Positions 44,649 through 55,358 of a stretch of 64,000 nt of DNA are shown piece after piece. The notes under the pieces are model-generated. The model saw nothing but the letters and a program-made list of their open reading frames with translations. It had not been told where the DNA came from and did not search any database. The stretch is from Escherichia phage ph0011: sequence record OP557969.1. One strand, written 5' to 3'. The number at the start of each line of letters is the position of its first letter. Position 1 is the stretch's first letter. The position numbers and the translations under genes were made by a program.

Positions 44649-45241
44649 ATGCAAATAAATGTTGTAGTGCTGATGTTCATGTATATTTTAAGAAATTAGT
44701 CAATGATATCATCTATATGCAAGAAATCATTTATCACAAAAGAATGGACTTAGAAAAAGCATTAGCTCAGTTCTCTTTTAATCTAGATGGTGATATATCT
44801 TTAGATGGTGATGGGTTACGTATAACATTAGACAGCAATTCCAATAGAGTTTTCTTTTGGATAGATAATAAATTATGTTCCTCAATTTGTCGCACTTTTT
44901 ATAACCCTATTTCGGACTTGTATCAATTGGTTTATTCGAAAGGTGCGGTTGAAGCATCATATGGTGATAGTTTTGCACTAGGGAAGTCCATTCCATATAT
45001 GCAAACATTTGATATTGAATTAGTCAGTACTGATGAAGATGTAATGTTCACAAATGATCTAACGATGCAGCGTGAATCTGCAATGAGATATATAACAAAT
45101 TCAATGCATACCTTCTTTAAAATAGCAGAATTTGATAATGTATATATATCAAATGTAAATATTTTCACTGACTTGTGTCAGTTTTTGAGAAATATTTTTG
45201 ATTTTGATGAAAGATATTCTAAGTTTTATACTGAGGTTTAA
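44639..45241 (+). CDS. hypothetical protein (200 aa)
   Basis: ORF in array context; no clear FQ motif. Confidence 0.45.
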   Translation: MLLNANKCCSADVHVYFKKLVNDIIYMQEIIYHKRMDLEKALAQFSFNLDGDISLDGDGLRITLDSNSNRVFFWIDNKLCSSICRTFYNPISDLYQLVYSKGAVEASYGDSFALGKSIPYMQTFDIELVSTDEDVMFTNDLTMQRESAMRYITNSMHTFFKIAEFDNVYISNVNIFTDLCQFLRNIFDFDERYSKFYTEV

Positions 45242-45246
45242 ATCAA

Positions 45247-45606
45247 ATGAATACCATTAGTATTACGTACTACACAACTAAAAAATACGTTTGTTGTTTA
45301 CTTTCTTTGAAGACTAATGATGATATGTTCAATAATGTGGCATATACATTAGAATTGTCAGAAGATGGTTTTCAATGTCATGAAGCATACTCAAATACAC
45401 GTGAAGATACAATTGATACTACGCTCATGCAAGAGGATGAATTATTTCAAGAAAGTTTAGTATGGGATAAAAAGTACTATTGTGATTTTGATTTTCTATG
45501 TTTAATCCAGAAAGAAATGAAAAGGATCTTCGACAATTATCCAGTGAAGAGATTAAGTTCTGGACCAGAGCAGTACAGGAGGATGATATTCCGATATGAA
45601 GACTAG
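45247..45606 (+). CDS. FamC protein (DKKY subgroup)
   Basis: QEDELFQESLVWDKKYYCDFD. Confidence 0.55.
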   Translation: MNTISITYYTTKKYVCCLLSLKTNDDMFNNVAYTLELSEDGFQCHEAYSNTREDTIDTTLMQEDELFQESLVWDKKYYCDFDFLCLIQKEMKRIFDNYPVKRLSSGPEQYRRMIFRYED

Positions 45607-45931
45607 ATTAGTAAAAGTAATGTATGCTACACATATTAAACTACTTCTTGTGAAATTTGATTATAATAAAAAACACAATGAGTTTTATACTTTAATTCGT
45701 AATGAAGAATCATTTTCATTGAGATGTAATAATATACCAATGAAAATAAACGATTACACCACATTAGATGAGGGAGAACTATTCCAAGAATCATTAGTTA
45801 TTGATAGTAATATAAAAATAGATATAGAAATTATTAAGCAGTACCAGACGTTATTAAACAAAATTATGAATTGTTATCCCTGTAGAATAGAAGGTAATAT
45901 GCAATTTAAATCGAAAATGTACGAGTTGTGA
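45596..45931 (+). CDS. FamC protein
   Basis: DEGELFQESLVIDSN. Confidence 0.55.
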   Translation: MKTRLVKVMYATHIKLLLVKFDYNKKHNEFYTLIRNEESFSLRCNNIPMKINDYTTLDEGELFQESLVIDSNIKIDIEIIKQYQTLLNKIMNCYPCRIEGNMQFKSKMYEL

Positions 45932-45938
45932 GGTTTTT

Positions 45939-46475
45939 ATGTTAGATAAAATAATCAATACTGGAACACCATACAACCATCTTAAGTTGGATACATTTGA
46001 GTCAGCATTAAGTACTGCCCAAGATATAATTGATATTATTAAGTACATTAAAGAAAATAAGATAAAATGTTTAAAAAAGATAAATCATTCAATGTACAAA
46101 GATGACGACATTCATGTATCAGTTCTAAAGCCAAAAGATAAAGTAAATGGGAGAGATTTTTATAATAATAGTGGACAGTATGAATGCGAATATGACCCAG
46201 AATTTCGTGGCGGGTTCATGTGCTACAGTAAAAATGACACATCACATATTGAGATACGTACAATAAACGGTGGTATAACTAGATTGGAGTTCATTGATAT
46301 AGTTTTAAATCAGGAAAATTACTTCCAACAAACATTAATTTATCCTTCTTATTATGTAGGAGTACTATTCATGTACAAGTACTTCTATGTGCACTTAAAT
46401 GAAGATTTCTATATAGACTTAGAAGATTACCAATTAGTATGGGAAGAAATGATAGAACTTCGCAATAACACTTGA
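45939..46475 (+). CDS. FamC protein
   Basis: NQENYFQQTLIYPS; RBS GAGG. Confidence 0.55.
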   Translation: MLDKIINTGTPYNHLKLDTFESALSTAQDIIDIIKYIKENKIKCLKKINHSMYKDDDIHVSVLKPKDKVNGRDFYNNSGQYECEYDPEFRGGFMCYSKNDTSHIEIRTINGGITRLEFIDIVLNQENYFQQTLIYPSYYVGVLFMYKYFYVHLNEDFYIDLEDYQLVWEEMIELRNNT

Positions 46476-46477
46476 CC

Positions 46478-46530
46478 CCCACCAAATCTTTGTGATATAA
46501 TCTCTTTAAATTAATTGTAAAGGGTTATAT
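46478..46530 (+). promoter_or_regulatory. internal sigma70-type promoter
   Basis: TTGACC, about 18-bp spacer, TATAAT with TG upstream of -10. Confidence 0.5.
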
Positions 46531-46534
46531 CGCA

Positions 46535-47008
46535 ATGTCACCAGACCTCAATTTCGATAATGCACAAAAAATCGCACAATATATCATTAAACTTCATAAG
46601 TTTCTCATAACAGTTAAAGAGGATATAATTCTACCCAAAGGTAAACTTTATGTGGGCAAAAATTATTTGTCATATCGTGGAAATTTATTGTATACTACAG
46701 ATGAAAATTTCTGTGGTATTCGTGTAATTGACGATGTACCAACAGGAAACTTTATCTCATATTGTTTCCGTACATCTAGTCGTTTTAAGTACTATCATCC
46801 TAGATATGATGATGAACATGACACATTTGATGTTAGGACAGAAGAAGATTTTTTCCAGAACAGTACTTTACACGATGAGAGAATTGTGTTGAGTTCTACA
46901 ATTTTTACAGTTCTTAAAGATGAACTCAACGACGCAAATGATAGATTCTATATGGATTTAAACTTCGTAGATGAAATTATGGAGTACATGGAGACGAATG
47001 GTTTATGA
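46535..47008 (+). CDS. FamC protein
   Basis: TEEDFFQNSTLHDER; RBS AAAGGG. Confidence 0.55.
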   Translation: MSPDLNFDNAQKIAQYIIKLHKFLITVKEDIILPKGKLYVGKNYLSYRGNLLYTTDENFCGIRVIDDVPTGNFISYCFRTSSRFKYYHPRYDDEHDTFDVRTEEDFFQNSTLHDERIVLSSTIFTVLKDELNDANDRFYMDLNFVDEIMEYMETNGL

Positions 47009-47475
47009 TTACAACAACATATGATTACGATGGTGTTTTGGAATTTGCATCTAACATTCATCGCATTGCTAAGGAGTTCAGAAGTCCCGAACCGTTTGGT
47101 GGAATGTTCCATTATGACATGTTCAGTTCACCCAAAGGAAAACTTGCCTATAAAAATAATAAGGGTAATCAAGTATATGCTGAAATCTTTGACGATAATG
47201 ACTTTCACTACAAAGCCGAATACATTTCATATTGTCCTGGGTCTGATTTGAAGATTTATATTGATAGGGATAAAGAAAATGTATTTGTTCCATATACTGA
47301 TTTAGTCTTCATGTCAGAGGAAATGTACTTTCAGGAATCATTGATTCATGATATAAAAGTTCTTAATGCTATATTATTATATGGTACACTACTTAATTAT
47401 TACAAATACAATCAAAGATTCTTTTTAGATTTAGAAGTATACTATATATGCGTGGATTATTTGAATGCAAAATAA
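47005..47475 (+). CDS. FamC protein
   Basis: SEEMYFQESLIHDIK; ATGA overlap. Confidence 0.55.
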   Translation: MITTTYDYDGVLEFASNIHRIAKEFRSPEPFGGMFHYDMFSSPKGKLAYKNNKGNQVYAEIFDDNDFHYKAEYISYCPGSDLKIYIDRDKENVFVPYTDLVFMSEEMYFQESLIHDIKVLNAILLYGTLLNYYKYNQRFFLDLEVYYICVDYLNAK

Positions 47476-47827
47476 GAAAACAATTCAGTACATCACTGAT
47501 GGCAATGAATACTTTGCTTCAAGATATGAATTCAGTGAGGGTCATTTCGTAACTTATATACCTGAATATAATCAGTTTTATCTCCAGATTTACCAAAAAG
47601 ATTCCAATATAAATGAATTATATACCGAAATAAAAATCCCAGATTATAGTACTTTATCAGAAGAGGAATTGTTTCAGGAGAGCACGATCAGTACTGAAGA
47701 TGTATACGAACTAATTGAATATCAGAAGGTACTTAAATATTTCCATAAATCACATGATATAGAAATGGATATGGTTAAACCGTGGCGTTATAATACATAT
47801 GAGGTAAATTATGTTAGAAATGATTAA
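47465..47827 (+). CDS. FamC protein
   Basis: SEEELFQESTISTED. Confidence 0.55.
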   Translation: MQNKKTIQYITDGNEYFASRYEFSEGHFVTYIPEYNQFYLQIYQKDSNINELYTEIKIPDYSTLSEEELFQESTISTEDVYELIEYQKVLKYFHKSHDIEMDMVKPWRYNTYEVNYVRND

Positions 47828-48224
47828 AATCATACAACGCTGTCTTGTTGACAAATATGGTATATATGGATATAGTTTAAGTGCTCCTATTGACAAAAAC
47901 AAAACAACCTATGTAAGCTATAATGCAGTGCGTGGGTTTGATATATTCATTAGTACTAATCATCAAATTAAACAAGCTAAAGATGTGTCTATGATGGCCC
48001 CTGACGAGTTGTTTCAGTACAGCTTAGTTCTTCCTACATGTATCGATATACATCGTCTAGGAGCTATACAGAAGGTTTTACGTGAACATAAAATACTACC
48101 TAATAAAATTACACACATCCCAGAAACAATCTTCAAAACCATAGAAGTAGAAACCCCTGATTATATGTTAAGTGATGATGAGTTCTACGAGAAGCACTTC
48201 CCTGGTAAAGTTTGGAGAGACTAA
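47811..48224 (+). CDS. FamC protein
   Basis: APDELFQYSLVLPT. Confidence 0.5.
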   Translation: MLEMIKIIQRCLVDKYGIYGYSLSAPIDKNKTTYVSYNAVRGFDIFISTNHQIKQAKDVSMMAPDELFQYSLVLPTCIDIHRLGAIQKVLREHKILPNKITHIPETIFKTIEVETPDYMLSDDEFYEKHFPGKVWRD

Positions 48225-48691
48225 TGAACCGAAAGTACAGAGAAACTATGAAGTTCACTAAGGAGTGTTTAGAGGTAGTTGATTTCATTTTCGATAACAA
48301 AGACTCTCTGGGTCATCACTTCGTAATTACAAAGAAAGAAGATAAGAGATACAAGTGTCAAAGACTAGGATACAGTATTGAGTTCTCCTTAATGAGTGAT
48401 GGAATGATTAACTCCTTATATGAATGTGGGAAGACTGATTACATTTCATTTAGATCATGGAGTGATAATATAATGTTCTTGAGTCCTAATGGAAGTAAAT
48501 ATCCATTTCTTAATGATTTATCAGAAGAAAGTTACTTTCAAAATAGTTTAATTTACACAGAAAAAGAACTCAAGATGCTATTCATTATGTCGTACTTTAA
48601 AAAGTACTGCAAATTTAAATTATTATCTTTTGAGATTTCATCAATGAAAGTATTCATTAAAAATGTAAAAGAATTAAAGAGGGTTTTTTGA
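48212..48691 (+). CDS. FamC protein (YFKK-type)
   Basis: SEESYFQNSLIYTEKELKMLFIMSYFKK. Confidence 0.55.
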   Translation: MERLMNRKYRETMKFTKECLEVVDFIFDNKDSLGHHFVITKKEDKRYKCQRLGYSIEFSLMSDGMINSLYECGKTDYISFRSWSDNIMFLSPNGSKYPFLNDLSEESYFQNSLIYTEKELKMLFIMSYFKKYCKFKLLSFEISSMKVFIKNVKELKRVF

Positions 48692-49233
48692 TGTACATAG
48701 AAAATGATAATGTAAAATGCATTTCTGACATTTGTATAAAATTAATGAAAATTTTCATTAACCCAAAATACAAGACTCGTTTATTACGTCATAACATTGA
48801 TGAACATTGTGTAATTACTATTTTAGGTAGTATGCTTGATGTAAAGTACGATGGAAAAATTCTTTTTGGTATAAGAGAAGAAAAGATTGAAGATTCCTTC
48901 TTTACTCCTAAAGATAAATTTGAACCTTCTGATTATAAAGTAATTATTCGTGATGATACACTATACATTAGTAGTGATTATTCCAACTTTTTGGACCAAA
49001 TATATACTGAAAATGTTGACTACTATCATGAATTATTAGATTTACCAAAAACTGACATAGATATGGAGAGAATTAAATTTTCATTATCATATAATGAGTT
49101 CTTAGGTATACAAACATATTATTCACTCAAAGGAAAGATTCCACCTTCTATGTATATAAGGATTGAGATTGGTAATGTATTCAATGAAAAAGTTCTATCA
49201 ATTGCTGATAAAATATTGAGGGTTGAATTATGA
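48688..49233 (+). CDS. hypothetical protein (181 aa)
   Basis: ATGA overlap; no clear FQ motif. Confidence 0.45.
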   Translation: MMYIENDNVKCISDICIKLMKIFINPKYKTRLLRHNIDEHCVITILGSMLDVKYDGKILFGIREEKIEDSFFTPKDKFEPSDYKVIIRDDTLYISSDYSNFLDQIYTENVDYYHELLDLPKTDIDMERIKFSLSYNEFLGIQTYYSLKGKIPPSMYIRIEIGNVFNEKVLSIADKILRVEL

Positions 49234-49802
49234 ATATTATGAATTTTACAAATTACCAATTTCATAGGCTTGAATTTCGTCATTGTGTTGCATTTGCAAA
49301 AACATTGATGTGTATCATTGACACTCTTTCAAACAAATCATTTCTAAAGGATAATGATTTATTTCTGAAAAAAAATCGTGTGGCATCATCCGATGTCGGT
49401 GTCGAACTATATGTTGAGATCAGTGTTGATACGGAAGATAGTTCAAGAGTGGGGTGTATTGGCACTATTGGTACACATTGTTTTACATGGAATCCAAATA
49501 CAAGTCAAGTTCGTATTGATAGAAACAATTCACGTTGGGTTAATCTTAGTACTGAACCCGATTTAGAATCAGTAATGTTTCAGTTGAGTTTAATACACGA
49601 ACCTAATGAACTTCTTTATATTATTGTATTCAGTTATCTTTCACAAAATTACGATAAACCAACAGGGTTTTTCATAGAATCGGATATAGATGAAATTATG
49701 GAAGAGATTCCTAGTTTAAAGCATATTTTAGTACAGAAAGATTTCTATGAAGACTTCAGAGATTTATATGACATGCACTTAGGGTTATTTAAGAATGGAT
49801 AA
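49230..49802 (+). CDS. FamC protein
   Basis: DLESVMFQLSLIHEPNELLYIIVFSYL; ATGA overlap. Confidence 0.55.
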   Translation: MNIMNFTNYQFHRLEFRHCVAFAKTLMCIIDTLSNKSFLKDNDLFLKKNRVASSDVGVELYVEISVDTEDSSRVGCIGTIGTHCFTWNPNTSQVRIDRNNSRWVNLSTEPDLESVMFQLSLIHEPNELLYIIVFSYLSQNYDKPTGFFIESDIDEIMEEIPSLKHILVQKDFYEDFRDLYDMHLGLFKNG

Positions 49803-50313
49803 AGATGGTATTCTAATTAGACTAATTAAGAGTTTGATGAAGTTCACAAATAATGATGTCGATACATACAAAGTTGGGGATATTGAATTCAAATCATTTG
49901 GTATGTACGGTGAAGCCAAAACATATTATGCATCAATAAAATTACAAGAATCACACGAAATGTTAATATCGTTATCATACGAAGATGTTGACCCAAGATG
50001 GAGTTCCAGTATCTCGTTATCGAGAATGGTAATTCGTAATAATCACCGATACATTTCGTCAAGGAATACTCCTAACTTGTTTGATATTGTTTTGAATGAA
50101 AATACCAACCCTATATCTAAACATGATATCGTACCTTTAACTGATGAAGTTCGTTTTCAGTTGAGCACCATTTGTGACGAAGATGTAATATCATGTATGA
50201 AAATTTACGAGAAGGTTGGGAGTGATATTCCCATGAACTATTACCTAACCATCGATGGAACGTACATCCGAGATGATGTTCTTGTGTACATTGACAGTGT
50301 TTTACCAAAATAA
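49795..50313 (+). CDS. FamC protein
   Basis: TDEVRFQLSTICDED. Confidence 0.5.
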   Translation: MDKDGILIRLIKSLMKFTNNDVDTYKVGDIEFKSFGMYGEAKTYYASIKLQESHEMLISLSYEDVDPRWSSSISLSRMVIRNNHRYISSRNTPNLFDIVLNENTNPISKHDIVPLTDEVRFQLSTICDEDVISCMKIYEKVGSDIPMNYYLTIDGTYIRDDVLVYIDSVLPK

Positions 50314-50340
50314 AGACCCGTATGGGTCTTTTTGTGTTTT
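50314..50340 (+). terminator. rho-independent terminator
   Basis: AGACCC-gtat-GGGTCT then TTTTTGTGTTTT. Confidence 0.7.
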
Positions 50341-50345
50341 AGGCT

Positions 50346-50380
50346 TTACATAAGCATTCAGGTGTGTTATACTTGATTTT
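50346..50380 (+). promoter_or_regulatory. sigma70-type promoter
   Basis: TTTACA, 17-bp spacer, TATACT. Confidence 0.45.
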
Positions 50381-50400
50381 AAATAAAATTGGAGGAATAT

Positions 50401-50964
50401 ATGAGTACTGAATTAATTAAAGAAGTCACATTACTTCTGAAACATTGTTTTAAGTACATTCCTGATACTGGTTCACGCCAGTACATTAAAGTTAATGAGA
50501 AATATAACATTAATGTCTTAAAGAATGAAACCGTTAACAGTTATGCAAACATTGAGTTAGATGTTGAGGACAAATACACAGCATTACACATCATTTCGTC
50601 AGGCGATAGAAAACAAGATTATCGTTCTACATTTTATGATGAGAGTGTTACTGTTGGTTATAACTTTCATAAAAATAAAATTGCGTACAAGAATACATAC
50701 ACACATGAAGTAATTGAAGAGTACAATTATAAAATTAAAAAAGACGAGTACGATGTACTTTTATTCAATGCGAACCTCATACATAATGCTTGCACAGTTC
50801 GCAATCTTATGTTAGCATATGAAATTCCAAAGGTGATAGAAAGAAATGAATTGATAATCTTCAAAACTATTTTAAAATTCAGTACAGAAGAATTAGAAGA
50901 ACTAGTACTGGCTCTTAAGATGTTCATCAATGAATATGTGCCTGTTAAATTAGAGGACTTATAA
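50401..50964 (+). CDS. hypothetical protein (187 aa), possibly divergent FamC
   Basis: Start at MSTELIK after RBS GGAGG (track ORF begins at a TTG). Confidence 0.55.
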   Translation: MSTELIKEVTLLLKHCFKYIPDTGSRQYIKVNEKYNINVLKNETVNSYANIELDVEDKYTALHIISSGDRKQDYRSTFYDESVTVGYNFHKNKIAYKNTYTHEVIEEYNYKIKKDEYDVLLFNANLIHNACTVRNLMLAYEIPKVIERNELIIFKTILKFSTEELEELVLALKMFINEYVPVKLEDL

Positions 50965-51548
50965 TGCAAGCTGAACACATTCAAATTATGAATTTGATGC
51001 ATGACATTGCGGAACTATCTGATAAGTACGATATTACTGTTCATGAGTCTATTGGAAATTATCGACTTAAAGTTGAAAACAAATCACCACATCGTTTTGG
51101 TTCTGTGACACTGGAGTCTTATAAAGATTACGGTTATGGAACGGCAAAAAAGGGTTTCTGGGATACTATGGCAATGTATATACGTACATCAAGACGTAGA
51201 GAACAAATCGGTTCAATTACGCCAAATATGATATTTGTCAATGCTGTACACAGTGATATTAATCGAATTGTTGAATCTAATTTTGGTGACGTTGAGAACG
51301 ATACATATTTGGAAATTCCACCAGAACTAGACCAATGTGAAGACATTCGTGAAGCATACATTTTCCAGAGATCATTACTTAACAACTTCAATGAGTTTCA
51401 GTACTTGATGCTTTGTTATGAAGCTGCAAAAGCTATTAAGACTGGTGAATTGGTAATGTATAATAATTTCATTAACTGCAAATCCGATACACTTAAAGAG
51501 TTACACACTGCCATCAAAAACATCAAGGATACATATGAACGCTTATAG
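50964..51548 (+). CDS. FamC protein
   Basis: REAYIFQRSLLNNFNEFQYLMLCYE. Confidence 0.55.
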   Translation: MQAEHIQIMNLMHDIAELSDKYDITVHESIGNYRLKVENKSPHRFGSVTLESYKDYGYGTAKKGFWDTMAMYIRTSRRREQIGSITPNMIFVNAVHSDINRIVESNFGDVENDTYLEIPPELDQCEDIREAYIFQRSLLNNFNEFQYLMLCYEAAKAIKTGELVMYNNFINCKSDTLKELHTAIKNIKDTYERL

Positions 51549-52113
51549 TTATATGACAGAACGTCATCAGATATTATATGATATCAGTACTAAAATGTTA
51601 TCAATCGTTAATAGTGGAAAAGAAATTGAAAAACAATACCTCATCCGTGATGTAGCAATTTCATCTAAATGTTGGTCCAATGAATATTACAACCACGGTA
51701 TTCTTACGATTTCTGGTGCTAGAAATATTTGTATTGTAAAAAATAAAAACAAAAGTAATGAAGAGTGTGAGATTAGAACCGATATACAAATTAAGGATGA
51801 TGGAAGTTTTTCACACTACCCATTTCATATTAGTACTATTGGTGTTTTATATAATATTAAAGTACTATTCGGTGATGAAGAGTATAAGTTAAAATATATC
51901 GACCCAGAATCGAGTACAGTCCAAGAAGACCTGTTTCAGATGAGCACAATTATGCCCGAAGAAGTTCTTAGTACTGTTGTTTTTTGTAGTTTAATTTATC
52001 ACGAATACAAAAAGAACCAATTCGATTTCCACATGATAGGAACGTACATCTTCAATAATTTGAATGTAGATCGTTTAAAAGCATTAAATTCAGCAATGGA
52101 TAAGGTGCTATAA
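51535..52113 (+). CDS. FamC protein
   Basis: VQEDLFQMSTIMPEE. Confidence 0.5.
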   Translation: MNAYSYMTERHQILYDISTKMLSIVNSGKEIEKQYLIRDVAISSKCWSNEYYNHGILTISGARNICIVKNKNKSNEECEIRTDIQIKDDGSFSHYPFHISTIGVLYNIKVLFGDEEYKLKYIDPESSTVQEDLFQMSTIMPEEVLSTVVFCSLIYHEYKKNQFDFHMIGTYIFNNLNVDRLKALNSAMDKVL

Positions 52114-52541
52114 TGACAAGAGATGATTGTTTGTACATATGGGATGTAGTTGAAAATACACTTTCAAATCCAGAAAAATATAAAACACAAAAAAGACAGC
52201 GACATAAAACATGGATAGATTTGTTCGTTGAGGACATACACGCAGTGACTATTTGGGATTCACCGAGGGCATCAGCATCTACTCTATTGGACAATGAATG
52301 TATTGATTGCATTAATTCCACTTTTCATCTACACGGTTCTACAATTTTCGGTACATTTCTGGATATTGAAAATAAAGATGATATTGATTCACTTGCGTTA
52401 CAATATCAAGTACTGTATAATACTAAATTAATTTATGATTTAGTTCTAGCTTCTTATGTGTATAAATTAATGAAGAAATATAATTATATTTCTGTTTCAG
52501 TTTATACTAAGGATATTCTTTCATTAAGAGACAAAACATGA
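52113..52541 (+). CDS. hypothetical protein (142 aa)
   Basis: ATG overlapping upstream stop; no FQ motif. Confidence 0.45.
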   Translation: MTRDDCLYIWDVVENTLSNPEKYKTQKRQRHKTWIDLFVEDIHAVTIWDSPRASASTLLDNECIDCINSTFHLHGSTIFGTFLDIENKDDIDSLALQYQVLYNTKLIYDLVLASYVYKLMKKYNYISVSVYTKDILSLRDKT

Positions 52542-53047
52542 ATTTATTAAATGCACGCGAATTGGTTGAGATGTATGAGATATTGTCTACATATAAAAAT
52601 TCACCTGACGATGTAATTATCAACAAAAAGTTCCATGTCAGTGTTGATCATATGACAAATATAGATATGATTTCTTTGGTTGAAAGTAATAAGTCAGGTC
52701 TTGAACGTGATATCATGCGTTTGATTTATATTCCCAAACCATCATATCCTAATGATAGTTCAATTAGTAATGAGACTTTTATATATAATCCTTATACTGA
52801 TTGTACTTTAGTTTCGGTATCGAATCAGAAACAAGATACTTTTCAATTCATCTATACCAGTACTGATAACCTTGAAGAAATCGAATTCCAAAATAATACA
52901 TTAAGTCCATGTGGAAGTATTATTGCATTCATGTCATATCTGTGGTCAATCAAATCAGATACCATAGTATATAGTTCAAATTATACACAGGATTGTATTG
53001 TTGAATCATTTAAAGTTCTAAAGGAATACTATGAAAATAACAAATGA
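52538..53047 (+). CDS. FamC-like protein
   Basis: LEEIEFQNNTLSP; ATGA overlap. Confidence 0.5.
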   Translation: MNLLNARELVEMYEILSTYKNSPDDVIINKKFHVSVDHMTNIDMISLVESNKSGLERDIMRLIYIPKPSYPNDSSISNETFIYNPYTDCTLVSVSNQKQDTFQFIYTSTDNLEEIEFQNNTLSPCGSIIAFMSYLWSIKSDTIVYSSNYTQDCIVESFKVLKEYYENNK

Positions 53048-53612
53048 TTTTATTAAAAGTTTAGTACACCCTATGCTTAGTGTTATGAAAAAATCACAGT
53101 CTCTACCTGAAGATAACGATTACAAGTATAATCGTTTTGATTCAGATGTGTTTTGTATTGAAATGGAAATTAATAACAATCGTGATTTTTATTTAAAATT
53201 CAAAGAATCTTCAAGTTCGTACTACAATTTTGACATGAATTTCAAAATGGACACAAATATTGAAGAAAACGCAATTTCAAATCATATTAGTAGAAATGGT
53301 TTTATGTATAGATCTAATATGCATAATAATAAAAAAAGTGTTAGATCTAAATGGAACCAGCAATTCACTAAAATTTGTGAAATTGATAGCAGTACTTTTG
53401 GTGAAGAACAATATTTTCAATTAAGCACAATTCATGAACTACCACCATATGATTTTGTTAAAACATGGTTTGATATTCATAATATAATTGATGAAACAAT
53501 TGAACTTCCATTTAGTTTATCAATATCATATACTGCAACTAAAACGTTTATTTTTACTGAAGATATGATTATGAAAAAAATATGGGCAATGCTCCCTCTT
53601 ATGAGTGATTAA
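53031..53612 (+). CDS. FamC protein
   Basis: GEEQYFQLSTIHEL. Confidence 0.5.
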   Translation: MKITNDFIKSLVHPMLSVMKKSQSLPEDNDYKYNRFDSDVFCIEMEINNNRDFYLKFKESSSSYYNFDMNFKMDTNIEENAISNHISRNGFMYRSNMHNNKKSVRSKWNQQFTKICEIDSSTFGEEQYFQLSTIHELPPYDFVKTWFDIHNIIDETIELPFSLSISYTATKTFIFTEDMIMKKIWAMLPLMSD

Positions 53613-53624
53613 CGGAGAAACTAC

Positions 53625-54176
53625 ATGAATCAAAGTCATGATCTTTTTAAATTATGTGCATCCAAAGATGTTGAAGGATGGACAGATAAAGTCAATACAA
53701 TCATCAATAGATTCCGAGTCTTTAGTGCTCGTGCACGAAGTGATGGTTCTATGAATTTCAAATATTCAATGACAATTGATGGTGTTGTAATTCATGTAGA
53801 TGAAGAAAAACTATCTATTAATCTACATGATTCATGTGTATTTGCTATTCATCAAAAGATGGGTTCAGGATGGGGTTGCAACAACATGAACTCAAAAGCA
53901 TTCTTTTGGGTTGGTCATTACAATACAGTTCTTGATCCTTCCATCAAATCCAATCTATTAGTTAATAATATCGTTTATGATTTATCGTATCCAGAAGAGT
54001 CACATTTTCAATTGAGTACATTACATAATTTAGTCAAATATGAAGATTGTGTCAAAGCATTAGAATTATGTCATTCAATTGATCTTAAAGATAAGTTGAT
54101 ACAAATTTACCCGTTGTTCTTCCATGAAGAAGTACAATGCACACTTGAACATATTTTATATGGGTACGATAAATGA
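53625..54176 (+). CDS. FamC protein
   Basis: PEESHFQLSTLHNL; RBS ACGGAGAAA. Confidence 0.55.
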   Translation: MNQSHDLFKLCASKDVEGWTDKVNTIINRFRVFSARARSDGSMNFKYSMTIDGVVIHVDEEKLSINLHDSCVFAIHQKMGSGWGCNNMNSKAFFWVGHYNTVLDPSIKSNLLVNNIVYDLSYPEESHFQLSTLHNLVKYEDCVKALELCHSIDLKDKLIQIYPLFFHEEVQCTLEHILYGYDK

Positions 54177-54775
54177 GAAAAAGTTACCAAGAAGCTATTG
54201 ACCTAATTCGAGAAGTTATTAAGGTTGCACCAGGTGCAATAGCATTCAAGAAGTCTCTATATAAGAAATATGGTCCCATGTCAAGTATGTGCTGTCAAAA
54301 GAAACGTAGTAAATTCACTACGCAGTACTGGCATGACTCTATTATCTTGAGTAATGAACATCAGCGTATTTTAACAATCGAATCAGTAGATAATCAATAT
54401 GGGGAAGGATTGATTTGTATTCCTGACTATGATGAAATTAATTTCAATTGTGGGGATTATGAGACAACATTATTATTACACGAGGGTTATCCTGAAGGTG
54501 ATGTAATGGCAGAGTATAATCCAAAAACAAAAATACTGAAACGTGGTATACAGTTCAAAATCGATAACAAAGATGATGTGGAAGCTGCACTAATGCAACT
54601 GAGTACAAGCGAACCTATCTCTATTGATGTAGAAGAGTTATGGGGAATCATTTCAGTACTTAATGAGTGTTATAAAATTAAATCATTGCATAAGTACTCT
54701 ATAATTTTACATACTAATTGTGCAATGATAAAATGTAAGAACATACAAGAGATGGTGGTTCCAGATGAACTTTAA
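54173..54775 (+). CDS. FamC-like protein (divergent)
   Basis: EAALMQLSTSEP; ATGA overlap. Confidence 0.45.
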   Translation: MRKSYQEAIDLIREVIKVAPGAIAFKKSLYKKYGPMSSMCCQKKRSKFTTQYWHDSIILSNEHQRILTIESVDNQYGEGLICIPDYDEINFNCGDYETTLLLHEGYPEGDVMAEYNPKTKILKRGIQFKIDNKDDVEAALMQLSTSEPISIDVEELWGIISVLNECYKIKSLHKYSIILHTNCAMIKCKNIQEMVVPDEL

Positions 54776-55349
54776 AGAAATAGAAAGTAAAATTAAGTAC
54801 TTCAAAGATATCAAAAAACTTTGGGAAAAGTATAAAATTGTTTATCAATTCCAAGATGATGATACTGTTCAAACCATTGATATTAGTATTCGTGTGAAGT
54901 TCAAGAATGGTAGTTATGGTGAAGTTAAATTGAATTCTATGGGTGTATATCTTAGAGACTATGATGGTTCCACTCTTGCACAATTTGACTTCACACCTGA
55001 CCCTGATGATATGTTACTGAGTGAAATCAATGCGTATGACCTTGAGATGTTTGGTGGGAAACCTTTATTATTCCGCTTATCAGATGAATGGGATGAGGTT
55101 TACTACACATACAAAGATGGAGTGATTCGAGACGTGAATGATGAGGTTGTAAATGATATGGAAGAACGTCTATTCCAAGAATCATGTGTGTCATCTGAGT
55201 CATATACATACCAATACCTACTTGACATGTTCGATTTGTATAGTAAAATAGATTCAGAAATGGGTACATTGGGTATTCATTATCTCACAATAAATGACTA
55301 TGCTCAACTCGAAACCGCAGTGAAAGCATTATCTAAAGTTCTGAAATAG
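54765..55349 (+). CDS. FamC protein
   Basis: MEERLFQESCVSSES. Confidence 0.5.
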   Translation: MNFKEIESKIKYFKDIKKLWEKYKIVYQFQDDDTVQTIDISIRVKFKNGSYGEVKLNSMGVYLRDYDGSTLAQFDFTPDPDDMLLSEINAYDLEMFGGKPLLFRLSDEWDEVYYTYKDGVIRDVNDEVVNDMEERLFQESCVSSESYTYQYLLDMFDLYSKIDSEMGTLGIHYLTINDYAQLETAVKALSKVLK

Positions 55350-55358
55350 GAATGAATT